The notes: generated from the sequence alone by a model not told the origin. A stretch of DNA of 64,000 nucleotides from Histomonas meleagridis 2922-C6/04-290x (GCA_020184695.1 JAANOX010000096.1:1-64000), one strand, 5' to 3'. Shown: positions 33,044-44,902, counted from the first letter of the stretch. Translations and numbers: made by a program.

Positions 33044-36036
33044 TTACTTTGGAAACAATTCAATAATTTCATCGTATCCACATCTTTTTGCAAAATCAAA
33101 TGCTGTTGCAAATTTTGTAAAAAAGTTCCAAAAATTTATTTAAAATGAAAAATTATTAAAACAAATTTTAAATAAAGCAAATAATTATCTTTGGTTTTAA
33201 TATCAATTCCCTTTTGTTCGAGAAGCAATTTAACTATTTCTGGTTTACGATTGAAAACAGCTGTAATAATTGCTGTACGTAATAATTAATATAATTCCCA
33301 TATCTTATTTTAAAATATTAAATTGTCAAAATAAATTTTATCTTTAGCATTAATATCAATTCCTTTTTGTTTAAGAAGCAATTTAACTACTTCTGTTTTC
33401 CAACTTTGAGTCGTCAAAATAAGTGAAGTTCTAAATAATTTATATAATTACCAAATTTTATATTCGAATATTAAATTAGTAAAACAATTTATGATAAAGA
33501 TGATCAGATATCTTTAGCATTGATATCAATTCCACTTTGTTCAAGAAGTAATTTATCTATTTCTATATATCCATTTTGAGATGCAAGTATAAGTGCTGTA
33601 TAAAATAATTTAAATGATTTCCAAATATTATTTTGAAACATCTAATTCTTATAATAAACATTAAATAAAACAGATAAATATCTTTAGCATTAATATCAAT
33701 TCCTTTGTGTTTAAGAAGCGAATTAACTATTTCTATATGATTATTATAAGAAGCAAGCATAAGTGCTGTTTGTAATAATTTGAATAATTTCCAAATATTA
33801 TTTTGAAATTTTAAATTATTAAAATAAACATTAAATTAAGCACATAATTATCTTTAGCATTAATATCAATTCCACTTTGTTCAAGAAGTAATTTATCTAT
33901 TTCTATATATCCATTTTGAGATGCAAGTATAAGTGCTGTTTGTAATAATTTAAATAATTTCCAAATATTATTTTGAAACATCTAATTCTTATAATAAATA
34001 TTAAATAAAACAGATAAATATCTTTAGCATTAATATCAATTCCTTTGTGTTTAAGAAGCGAATTAACTATTTCTATATGATTATTATAAGAAGCAAGCAT
34101 AAGTGCTGTTTGTAATAATTTGAATAATTTCCAAATATTATTTTGAAATTTTAAATTATTAAAATAAACATTAAATTAAGCACATAATTATCTTTAGCAT
34201 TAATATCAATTCCTTTTTGTTCAAGAAGTAATTTATCTATTTCTATATATCCATTTTGAGATGCAAGTATAAGTGCTGTTTGTAATAATTTAAATAATTT
34301 CCAAATATTATTTTGAAACATCTAATTCTTATAATAAATATTAAATAAAACAGATAAATATCTTTAGCATTAATATCAATACCTTTTTGTTCAAGAAGTA
34401 ATTCAACGATTTCTGTATAACCATACCAAGATGATGCATACATAAGTGCTGTATTAAATAACCTAAATAATGTCCAAATATTACTTTGAAATATTAAATT
34501 GCTAAAATAAATATCAAATAAAATAAATAAATATCTTTTGTATTAATGCCAATTTCTTTTTGTTCAAGAAGTAATTTAACGATTTCTTTATAACCATGTT
34601 GAGATGCAATAATAAGTGCTGTTTTAAACAATACAAATAATTTCCAAATATTATTTTGAAATTTTAATATAATCAAAAGTATTTTAATTAAAACAAATAA
34701 ATATTTTTCTCATTAATATCTATTTCTTCTTTTTCAAGAAGCATTTTAACAATTTTTGTTTTACCAATTCCTGCTGCTTTCATTAGTGCTGTACTAAATA
34801 TTGAAGATAATTTCCAAATAATGTTATTAAATACTATGTTATGATAATATATATTAAATAAAACAAATAAATAGACTTAGCATTAATATTAATTCCATTT
34901 TTCTCAAAGAAATACTTAAAAACTTCAAAATTGGAAAACACAGAAAATACCAAAATATTTTCAGGGATTTTCTTATCTTTAATAAAATCTAAAATAAGAA
35001 ATATTTTCCCATATCTTGCAGAAATATTAATAATATATTCATTGATTTCCATTCCTTTATCTATTAAATATTGAAGAAGTTCATAATTATTAAAATAAAT
35101 GCATACATTTCCTAACTCAGTTAAGTCAAGTTCAAATTCCTCAATCTTGTTTTCAAAAAGATATTTAAAGATTTCATTTTGATGATATTCAATTGCTGTT
35201 TTTAATGATCCTTCAAATTTTGCACCATTTTCTTTACACAAATGAATGATTTCAATGTTTCCACTTAAAACTGCATATAATCCAACATTTCTTATTTTAG
35301 AACCATTTAATAGAAGGAATTTAAAACATTTAATGGATCCAAAAATTGCTGCATATTTTATAAGTGAAACTTTAAAACATCCAAAAATAAATGGATGTTT
35401 CTCATATAATGATATATGGATTTTTTGATCAAAATCAAAATTTGCTTCTGTAGAAATTTCTTGAAGTTTTTCAACATTATCATCAAGAATTATTTTTGCT
35501 AGTTTTGAGTTAGTTCCATCATTTATATATTTTTTATGAAGTTTCCAATTATCTTCTCGAAGTTTATCTATGTTTTTCAAAAAGAAAGAATTACTTTTTA
35601 ATTTATTATTAAGTTGTTCTTCTGACATATAATGTGCAAAATATAAAGAAATATTTGTTGTAACTTTAGGTTCAATTAATTGCTGTTTAACCATCTCATT
35701 AATAAGAAAATAAGTATTTTTTGCAATAAGTTTTTTTGTAAATAGAGTCACTATATCATGTTTTTCTTCTTTAATTTTAGTTTTTCCCTTAATTTCATTT
35801 AGAAAATTGATATATATAGAAGGATCCTTGTTTTGTGATACATAAGATGAACATAATAATTCGGTTAGAATAATTTTTGAAGAATATGGAAAATGAGAAT
35901 CAAATAAATTTATTATTGTTTCAACTGAACTTACTATATTTTCTTCATTTAAACTAAAAACTATATGTTGGATTAATTGAAGAGTTTCTAAATGGGTTTT
36001 ATTTAGGTTAGAACAATAAGTTTTGTTGCTATTCAT
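33044..36036 (-). CDS. DUF3447 + 11 ankyrin-repeat gene (gene B); intact 753-aa protein if 43 non-canonical 17-nt elements are removed
   Basis: 388-codon first segment (36036-34873). The remaining 1829 nt minus 43x17 = 1098 nt = 365 codons plus TAA (33046-33044), with no internal stop, ending TAFDFAKRCGYDEIIELFPK*. Confidence 0.8.
33107..34872 (-). other. Eleven arrays of 17-nt intervening elements separated by 3-nt microexons (43 elements)
   Basis: 80-nt inserts at 34872-34793, 34702-34623, 34532-34453, 34359-34280, 34189-34110, 34019-33940, 33849-33770, 33679-33600, 33509-33430 and 33186-33107. One 63-nt insert at 33339-33277 lacks the first element. Confidence 0.85.
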
Positions 36037-36118
36037 GAATATGGCCGCTGTCAAAAAATTCAATGTTGAATTCACTTTTGAGCGGTATGAATTGACAACC
36101 TCTGTTCGAACAATTTTA

Positions 36119-37099
36119 ATGGTTTTGTGCCAACACTGTCAAAAAGAAAAAGCGCAAATTGTTCGCCCGGAAACAGGGGAAAAACTTTGCAAAAGTTGTT
36201 TTTCGACTGCGTTTGAAGATGAAGTATATCACACGATCCAAAGATTTAATTTAATCGAAAAAGGAGATGTTGTTGCAATTGGTGTTTCTGGTGGCAAAGA
36301 CTCTACAGTTCTCATGCACATTCTTAACGCTATAAACATCCGTTACAACATGGGTTTTGAAATCCAACTTGTTTGCATTGATGAAGGCATCACAGGATAT
36401 CGTGACAATGCTCTTCAAACAGTTAAACAAAATTCAGAAGCTTATAACCTCCCACTTACTATTCTTAGTTTCACCGATATCTTTGGATGGACACTTGATC
36501 AAATCTTCCAAGCGACTCAAACTCGTGAAACTTGTACATATTGCGGTATCTTTAGACGCCGCGCACTCGACATCGGCGCACAGCGCGTAAATGCCACCAA
36601 AGTCGCGGTTGGTCACAACGCCGATGACATTGCGGAGACCGTTATTCTTAACGTTCTCCGCGGTGATGTTTCACGCTATGGACGTTCTGTTGACATTAAA
36701 ACTGATGGGATTGACTCCAAATTAAAGGGGTCATCGATTGCGCCTCGAATCAAACCATTTGCTTTCCAAAACCAAAAGGAAATTGTTTACTATGCACATT
36801 TTAATAAACTTCTTTATTACGCTGTGGAATGCACATATGCAGTGCAAGCATTCCGTCGCTTCCCAAGAGAATACCTCGTTGCTAAACAGCAAAAGGATCC
36901 TGGAGTAATGCGGAGAATCATTGAAGGTGCAATAATGTACCAACAGAATATTGAAACAGAACCAGAAAGTGAGGCAGAGATTGGGTTCTGTAAGAAATGT
37001 GGTGCAGCGTGTAATCACGACATATGTATGGCATGCAGATTGCTTGAAAAACTTGAAGCAGGACATGCGAAGAAGGATATAGTTGAAGAAAAAGAATGA
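36119..37099 (+). CDS. CTU1: Cytoplasmic tRNA 2-thiolation protein 1 (Ncs6/CTU1)
   Basis: CQHC and CKSC zinc sites, PP-loop SGGKDS, CTYCGIFRR, GHNADD, ECTYA, C-terminal CKKC..CMAC. Divergent from gene B with about 80 bp between ATGs. Confidence 0.95.
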   Translation: MVLCQHCQKEKAQIVRPETGEKLCKSCFSTAFEDEVYHTIQRFNLIEKGDVVAIGVSGGKDSTVLMHILNAINIRYNMGFEIQLVCIDEGITGYRDNALQTVKQNSEAYNLPLTILSFTDIFGWTLDQIFQATQTRETCTYCGIFRRRALDIGAQRVNATKVAVGHNADDIAETVILNVLRGDVSRYGRSVDIKTDGIDSKLKGSSIAPRIKPFAFQNQKEIVYYAHFNKLLYYAVECTYAVQAFRRFPREYLVAKQQKDPGVMRRIIEGAIMYQQNIETEPESEAEIGFCKKCGAACNHDICMACRLLEKLEAGHAKKDIVEEKE

Positions 37100-37608
37100 T
37101 CGTTATGATAGAAATAATTAAAATTTTGTTGTGACTCCCAAATTTAATCACAAGAACACATGATATTGTCACTTTTTACTTTCAAAACAAACGTTTAAAA
37201 ATTATTATTGTAACAGGGCAATTATTTATTTATCTTTATTTTTTTATAAAAAATACGCAAACATATATTCTTTTTGTTGTTACTATTTATTCTTGGCGTC
37301 AATCTCAGATCTAATTTTGAAATTGCATTTTTAGTGTTTATTCTGTTTTTACGGATTCAACCCCTCTAATGATGAAAGAGATTTTAGCTGTTTAATAATT
37401 TAATGACCAATATTTATTATCAAACAATTTGATTTTTTTTTACAATCCACAAAACGACACCAATAACAGCATTCACAAATTAATGGAATATATCACGTTT
37501 TCAATATCTTAGAAATCTGATTCAATTATACTATTGTAAATTTCCATTTTTTTTTTTTTTCTTAAAGAAGATCTCAAAATTATTTAATGGCATATTTTTT
37601 ACTATCAT

Positions 37609-38262
37609 TCAGCAACATATGCATGACGTTTCATCATCCTGAACCTTCTTCTCAAGTTTTTGTGGCTTTGGCAAGATCTCTGCCTTATTTGGAATGTTAG
37701 ATTTACAGAAAAGTAGAGCTGCTTCTTGAAATAGTTCTTCGACTCCTTCGCCAGTTAATGCACTGGTTTCAAAATATTGAACAATTGAGCGACTTGTTTT
37801 TTCAGATAGTTTTTGGGACAGCTTTTCTACTAAATCCTTCCCCTCTTGTTCGCTTACTTGACGATTTGGAAGATCAATCATATTTCCGCATATGCATATT
37901 ATGCCATCTTCATTTTGTACCATCTCTTCATCAAACCAAGATTCTACGGAATAGAAAGAATCCCTGCTGCTATTGTCTTCTTCTTTTGCATTTGGTTGAA
38001 CTGCTACTTTAAAAACAATGATAAAAATATTTGCATTCCGACAATAACTTGGTACAATACTTCTGTACGTTTCTTGCCCGGACGGATCCCAGATTACTAG
38101 ATTTTTTGTTTTTCCAGCTACATTGATACTTTTTTGAAAATTATCAACACCAATAGTATTTGGGTAATAATCAAATGCACCTTCACAAAAGCGTTTTACA
38201 ATTGCTGTTTTTCCAACGCCACTATCCCCAAGCATGACAACTTTTAAAGAAGATTCCTCCAT
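37609..38262 (-). CDS. Rab-family small GTPase (divergent)
   Basis: GDSGVGKT, WDPSGQE (atypical G3), GNMID (atypical G4), ETSAL, C-terminal CICC prenylation motif. Confidence 0.9.
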   Translation of the reverse strand: MEESSLKVVMLGDSGVGKTAIVKRFCEGAFDYYPNTIGVDNFQKSINVAGKTKNLVIWDPSGQETYRSIVPSYCRNANIFIIVFKVAVQPNAKEEDNSSRDSFYSVESWFDEEMVQNEDGIICICGNMIDLPNRQVSEQEGKDLVEKLSQKLSEKTSRSIVQYFETSALTGEGVEELFQEAALLFCKSNIPNKAEILPKPQKLEKKVQDDETSCICC

Positions 38263-38852
38263 CACCAAAGTATTAAACGGTTTTTGTGAAAACCTTATTG
38301 AAAATATTTACATAAACTTAACAAAATTCAAAAAAATGAAAATTTCAATTTTGGCTTTTTTTGTGAAAAAAATACGTTTCTTAATTATTCCTTAAAGAAC
38401 GTATGACACTCTCACTTTTAAATATTGAGAAGTGGAACGTTTTCTTGTTGGTGGTCTTGAGCTTTCACTTACGCATTATCGAACAAAAATGGTTGAGGTG
38501 AGCTTCGCATTGTTACTGAAAACGAGACATAATAACTCGAATTTCCTGTGAAGATTGAACGAATGCAATTTTTTGACCGACATATTATATATAGCTCTTT
38601 CACAATGAACAAATACATCATGTGACACATCAGAATATTAAACAAAATAAATTATATTTGTTTTTGATTTCTTTTTTTTAAACCACCATATCGTTGTCAG
38701 ATTGATTTGGCGGTGTGATCTTAAATTCAAATTTCGGCATCACAGACCTCATAGAATATTTTGAATCAATGCATTGAGATGATTCTTTCAGAAAAAGTGG
38801 ACCATCTAGAGGGATCCCTCAGCTGCCCAGACGTCAGTTTATATTTTTTTAT

Positions 38853-40839
38853 ATGATTATTCAAAGAAGGAGTATAAAGCCAAAGAATAATTACTTTATT
38901 TTTGATATTGAAGAGGACCAAGATCGAAAAGAAGTAACGATTGCATCATTAGGAAGTACCAATGTTATGTTACATAGAATGCATCGAATTTCTTCTGCTG
39001 ATGGATGGGATGTTTTTAAGCTTCTCAATTTTCTTTCTTATTTTCCTGCTGATTTTTCATCAGAAAAAGTTCAAAGAACGACCAAAGATGGTTTTAACAA
39101 AGTTATTAAAATTAAAAAAGAAAATGTGATTTATTTTGGAGTTTATGTAACAAATGGATTTGAAAAGCAAGCAGTATTTCTAAAAAATTGGGTTAATTGG
39201 ATTGAACGAAATGGTTTTCATTATTGTGTAAAAAAATTGAAATGGTCCCTTGAAAAAGATACTCATCATCCTTTATTAATATTTGCAAAATATTTTGCAC
39301 ATACTGATAGAGCACCTTGTTATATTTTTCATGCTGTTTTTAAAGGATTATTCAAAAGGCCTGGAAGATATGATAAAGATCTTGCAGAAGAAACTGTAGA
39401 AGGAAAATTACAAAATATAGCAAAATCTTTACCAGGGTATGTTGAAATTGTTCTTCAAGATTATGTAGAAAATGGATTCATTGTTGAAGATGGAAAAGTA
39501 TTTCAAAGATTCACATGGGTTTGTTCATGGGTTGAAAATAGAATCGAACAAACTCATTATATCGAATTAGATGCATCCTTCAAGGCCACAAAGCCTTACT
39601 GTTATTGTCGCATCAATAGTATTCGGAACAATGAATCGGTTCCAATAGCTTTATCAATTGAAATGAAAGAAAATTCACATCTTTACGAAAATGTTTACTG
39701 TAGTATTGAGTCATTTGGAATTAGTTCTGAATTATTAAATTCCATTCCAATTTTGTCGAATATGGGAAAAGGAATCATAAAATTTTCGAAAAAATAAAAA
39801 TTGAACACATTTCTTTTGTCATCGACATATTCTTGAAGTTTTTGGCAATCCAATTTTAAGGAACTGGGTACTCAGATTGCTTGAATGTGTCAAAGAAGAA
39901 CAATATATTCGACTTTGCCCTCAAATTTCAGAAGAAATTTCGATTTGGTGCAGTCAATTGGGACCTGAATCAATACCAGATAAAATTAACTTAATATATG
40001 AGATGCTTGACATCAATTCATCTCATTTACAATATGATGTAAAAAAATGGGTATTATGGGAAAGAATCGGATTTCATGTAGGTCGCTGCACGAATCACAG
40101 TGAATCCTTTCATCATGTAATTAATTCACATTGTTTCATTCGAAATAATTTTTTTAATAGAGTAATAGGCATTACTAAAATGATAATCAAAAAATATACA
40201 AAACAAGGAGAAGTTCATGGACGAACAATAAAAAATCGATTTTGGAAATATTCGCAATCTAAATCCACAGCAATAACAAAAGGATGGGATCTTTCTAGAA
40301 ATTCATTAGATCATTGTGAGTGTGGTTGAAATGATTATTATTCAAGTATCTTAAATGTGAGATTTCCATGTATACATGAAATTTCTAATAATATATTCAA
40401 TAGAGCACCATCACCACCAGAGCTTATTATAGAATCTTATTCACAAATAAATGAAGTAAAATTAATAGAAACACAGAAAGTAAGAAATCTTCCGAGAATA
40501 TCAAATGAAATAGATACAACAAAAATGCCATTAGAATATAAAGATGAAGAAATTTCTCACAAGGGCTCAAGCTTCGTATATGAGGGTCCAAATACAAAAT
40601 ATGCCAAAGAAGAATCCTGGAAAGTGGTTCGCGAACTGAAGGTGATGTATAAAATTGATAAACATGATGCAATTGATATTGTTATGAATGAGTTTGCGCA
40701 ATGGGGATTAAATAATGAGCAAACTGCTTCAATAACTAATATTGCTCATTTTAGAATTTCTTGTTGGAATGTTGGGATTAAGTTTAAGGAAAAAAGAGAT
40801 AAAAGCCAACGACAGGGTAACAGTGATACACATTCTTAA
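38853..40839 (+). mobile_element. Mutator-like (MULE) transposase with SWIM zinc finger, pseudogenised
   Basis: IELDASFK (first catalytic D), VPIALSI..ENSHLY, ILSNMGKG (second D appears as N), FCHRHIL after a stop and frameshift near 39800, CTNHSESFH (catalytic E), CECG*..FPCIH SWIM interrupted by TGA at 40327-40329. Confidence 0.8.
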
Positions 40840-41491
40840 AGTCTTTCACATATGAATAAACATCGAAGGTGAATAACAAATATTTTTGTTTCAATACATA
40901 GTTTTGAGATTTAGTAATATACTTTCAATGACAAATGCATTCATTGCACGATAAAAAGAACAGAAAGCTCAAGGAAGATGAATAAATATCATCATTCTAA
41001 TAAAATAGTATATAAAAGCTTTGAAATATTCAGATTTGGTGATAATATAATTATCTTTGGCTCTTCAAAGCCTTGTTTTGGTCTGAAAACGAGTGACAAT
41101 CAATTTTAAAACACTATGGTAGATAGTTAACTAAATCAGCAAGTATAATATTTTGTTAAATACTTATGTGTTTAAAGCGGCGTTCATATTTAGCTCTTGG
41201 TAAACAAAAAGGTTCTTTCATTATTTTCTATAAATCTTCGTGAAGTCCAATCATTTGATAAGTCCGAGAAACATGTTTTAGAAGAAATAATTTTTGGCGC
41301 TCAATAAACCGCGAACGAATCATCAGAAAAAATATTTCAATGCATTAATTCAAAATATTCTATGAGGTCTTTGATGCCGAAATTTCAATTAAACATCGCT
41401 CGTTCGATTGATTTGAGTCTCAAATTTTCTGAGTGTCCAGAATATTTGTATGACTTACAAAAAGTGTAAAAAACATATGATTTTTTTTTTA

Positions 41492-43864
41492 TTAGCTATT
41501 ATTTGACCTTTCAATCAGCAAATTAACAATTTCTGTAAATCCTTTTGAAGACGCCATATCAAGCGCTGTTTTAAATGTTTGTAAGAATTCCGATTTATTA
41601 TTTTGAAACACCACATAGAAGAAATAAAAATTTTATCATATGAAATAATATTTTTGGAATTGATATCAACTCCTTCTTGTTCAAGAATTAATTTAACTAA
41701 ATCTATTTTACCATATTTAGATGCATACATAAGTGCTGTATTAAACTTTCTTAAAAAAATCCAAAAATTACTTTGAAATAGAAGAAAATCGTTTTAATTA
41801 ATTTCAAACAAAATAATTAAATATCTTTAATATTAACATCAATTCCTTCATGTTTAAGAATCAATTTGACAATTTCAACTGGATTCCCTTGGTGTAGCAC
41901 GCATAAAATAAGAACTGTCTGAGAAATTTTTGATTAATACCAAATAATATATTGAATTATCGAATCATAAAAATAAATATCTAAAAGAACAAACGAATAT
42001 TTTTATCATTTATATCAATTCCATCTTGTTCGAGAAGTAATTTTGCAATTTCATTTTCACAATAACGAAATGCTTTCATAAGTGCTGTCTCAAATAATTT
42101 AAATAATTCCCAAATACTACAATGAATTTATAAATTATCATAATAAAATTCAAATAAAGTATATAAAAGCCTTTAACATTAATATCAATTCCGTTATGTT
42201 TAAGAAGTAATTTAACTATATCAATTTTTCCATTTCGAGTTGCAAGTATGAGTGCTGTTTCAAACAATTCAAATTGTTTCCAAATATTATTTCCAAATAT
42301 TGTATTATTCAAACAAACAACAAAAAATAAATAAAGAATATGATCTTTAGCATTAATATTAATTCCCTCTTGTTCAAGAAGTAATTCAGCAATTTCTACA
42401 TGGCCATTCTTAGAAGCGCACATAAGTGCTGTCCAAAATAATTAATATGATTACCAAATATTATTTTGAAATAGGCCATAATTCGAAAAACAAATTTTAT
42501 ATATAATAAATGATCATTTTGAGCATTAATATCAATACCTTCTTGCTCAATAAGAAATTTAATGATATCATAATTACCATTTTGAGTAGCATTTAAAAAT
42601 GCTCTTTGAAATATTTTTAATAATCTAAGAAAATTATTTTGTAATATCCTATTTTATTAAAATCAAAACAAATTGAAAAAATATTTTTATTTTTGTTGCT
42701 GACATATTTATTTCGAATAATGAAATTAAAAAGTTCTTTATTGCCTGAAAAAGTTCTGATTTCCATAAAATTTATTGAGATTGGATTTTTCCCAAGCAAA
42801 TATTTTAAAATGAATATATTACCTGTTTCAATTGAAACAATGATAAGAGAATCATTAACTTTCATTCCATTTTCGAATAAAAATGCTAAAACTTCATAAT
42901 TATGATGAATGATACATTTTTTTCCTAATTTTTCTAAGTTGTTAATTTCTTTAATTTTATTTTCATAAAGATATTTAAAGATGTCATTTCGATGAAATAT
43001 AATTGCTGCTTTATATGCACCTTCAAATGATGAATGATTCTGTTCACATAAATGAATGATTTCTTCATTTCCAACTGCAACTGCATATTTACCTGCATAA
43101 TAAACATTTGCACTGTTCATAAGTAAATATCTAAAACATTTAATTGATCCAAAAAATGCTGCATAATCAATTAATGTAACATTTTCTTCATTAATAAATG
43201 AACATCTTTCATAAAGTGATGGATCAATTATTTGATTAAAATCAAAATCATTTTTTGATGATATTTCTTGAAGTTTTTCTATTTCATCATTTCGAATTAT
43301 TAAAGCAATTTCATTTGGATTATGTCCTTCTTCAATGAATTTCTTATGAAGTTCCCAATCATTCTTTGATAGTTCTTCATGATTATCAAAAAAAAATTTA
43401 TATAAATGATTTGATTTAAATCTGCTTAATTCTTCATTTGACATATAATGTGCAAAATATGGTGTTACTTTATTTTTACAAATGTTTGAATCAGTGAGAT
43501 CGTTTTCAATTATTTTATTAAGCAAAAAATTTGATTCTTGTGAATGGATATTAAATAAAAATTGTATAAAAATGTCAATTACCTTATAATTTTCATTATT
43601 ATAAATATCTCTTTCTCTTATTTCAATTTGTTTTAAATATTCCATACCTGATTTATTAAATTCTATAATAAAACATGAATATAAAATACTACAAATTATA
43701 AAATTAAATGAATATGGAAATTTTTCATCAAAATAAAATAAGGAAGAATCTACTGATTCATTGATATTATTCTCATCTAAATATAAAATAAGCTGTTTTA
43801 AGGACATTAATTTTTGAAGCATTTCCTTGTCTTGGCTTTCTATTTGACTTTGCTTGCTTCCCAT
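41492..43864 (-). CDS. DUF3447 + 7 ankyrin-repeat gene (gene C) with 17-nt element arrays
   Basis: MGSKQS start. Ankyrin cores RAFLNATQNG, TALMCASKNG, TALILATRNG, TALMKAF, TVLILC, TALMYASKYG and TALDMASSKG are all stop-free and end at TAA 41494-41492. Linker inserts are 77, 83, 84, 80, 80, 83 and 80 nt. Confidence 0.72.
41570..42682 (-). other. Seven arrays of 17-nt elements and microexons in gene C
   Basis: 42515-42433 N-KWPGW-TAL; 42168-42089 G-EIGE-TAL; 41998-41919 N-DDGQ-TVL; 41822-41740 D-ESSGN-TAL; 41649-41570 N-NGRK-TAL. 42342-42259 needs one 18-nt element. 42682-42606 is degenerate. Confidence 0.75.
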
Positions 43865-43952
43865 TGCAGTTATAGGAAATCAATTGCAGAAAAATGTGAC
43901 AATGAAAGCACTTTTTCCCTAAATTTTAGCTTACTTGCTTTGGAACAAAATA

Positions 43953-44902
43953 CAGCTCGTTGCAATTGCTTTTATAAGGTCAGCAAAACGAAATATCCGA
44001 AATTGAGAAGTTTACAAACAGGCAGAAAAACAGGGTATCCCGCTAGCAAAACTAAATATCCAAATTTGAAAAGTTTACAACACAAAATAAGGACAGGTGG
44101 ATTTTGATGAATAAATAAATTGTTTTTTACTCTTTTGTCTAAAAGTTCGTAGGAATAGGACTCAGTTTAGATTAAGTCTCGTGAAGCAGTTATCAAATGA
44201 AATATTTCCACTTCTTTATGCTTTATTACATACTGTATAACCAGAATCACTTTGTGACTGGATTTGAATGGTTTAAAAATTATACGTCACTTTTTTAATC
44301 ACTCAAAAATTCATGCAACTCTGTTGTAAATCAAATGATATATCGTAACATATTATACAGTTGCATACAAAGTATTATTTAAGGGTGTGAAGTATTCTGA
44401 TTTTGATTTTATATGCAGAAAAATTTTTTCATTATACATGTATATTCGATTGAATATTTTGAGAGTAATTTGAAATTCAGTAATAAAAATAAGGAAAAAT
44501 GATGATAAAACTTCAAAAAGAATTTTTCACCTTAGCGTTTGTTTATTCAATTTTTCCTTTATAAAATTTATCTCCCATCAGTATTTATCATCTGTTAAAG
44601 TTGATTGTGCAGACGAATTCATTTGTGACATAAAAATTTGAGATTAAATAAAAGTGCATTAATATTTATTCACAAATATTGGATATTTATTTTTTTTTGC
44701 AAGCGACTTTGTTATGCACGCGTCACTTTTTTGTATATTTACTTTTGCAATTGGGATATTCCGTTTTGCAAACGTCACTTTTTGGCTATTCTGTTTCTCT
44801 GGTTAGCTACTTTGTTTTGAGGAAAGGAGATTTACTTTTGCACGCGTCACTTTTTGAGATATTGAGTTTTGCACAATGTATAAAAGCAATTGCAACGAGC
44901 TG
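43953..44902. mobile_element. Non-autonomous TIR element (MITE), Tc1/mariner-like, TA target duplication
   Basis: Perfect 24-bp TIR CAGCTCGTTGCAATTGCTTTTATA (43953-43976; reverse complement 44879-44902) flanked by TA on both sides. Subterminal repeats gcaaaac.aaatatcc.aa.ttga.aagtttacaa on the left and ttttgca..cgtcactttt on the right. No transposase ORF. Confidence 0.85.

Noticed and set aside
33107-34872. CRISPR-like array (regular repeat and spacer spacing)
   Set aside because: The repeats are protein-coding ankyrin units in a eukaryotic gene, with no unique spacers, leader or cas genes.
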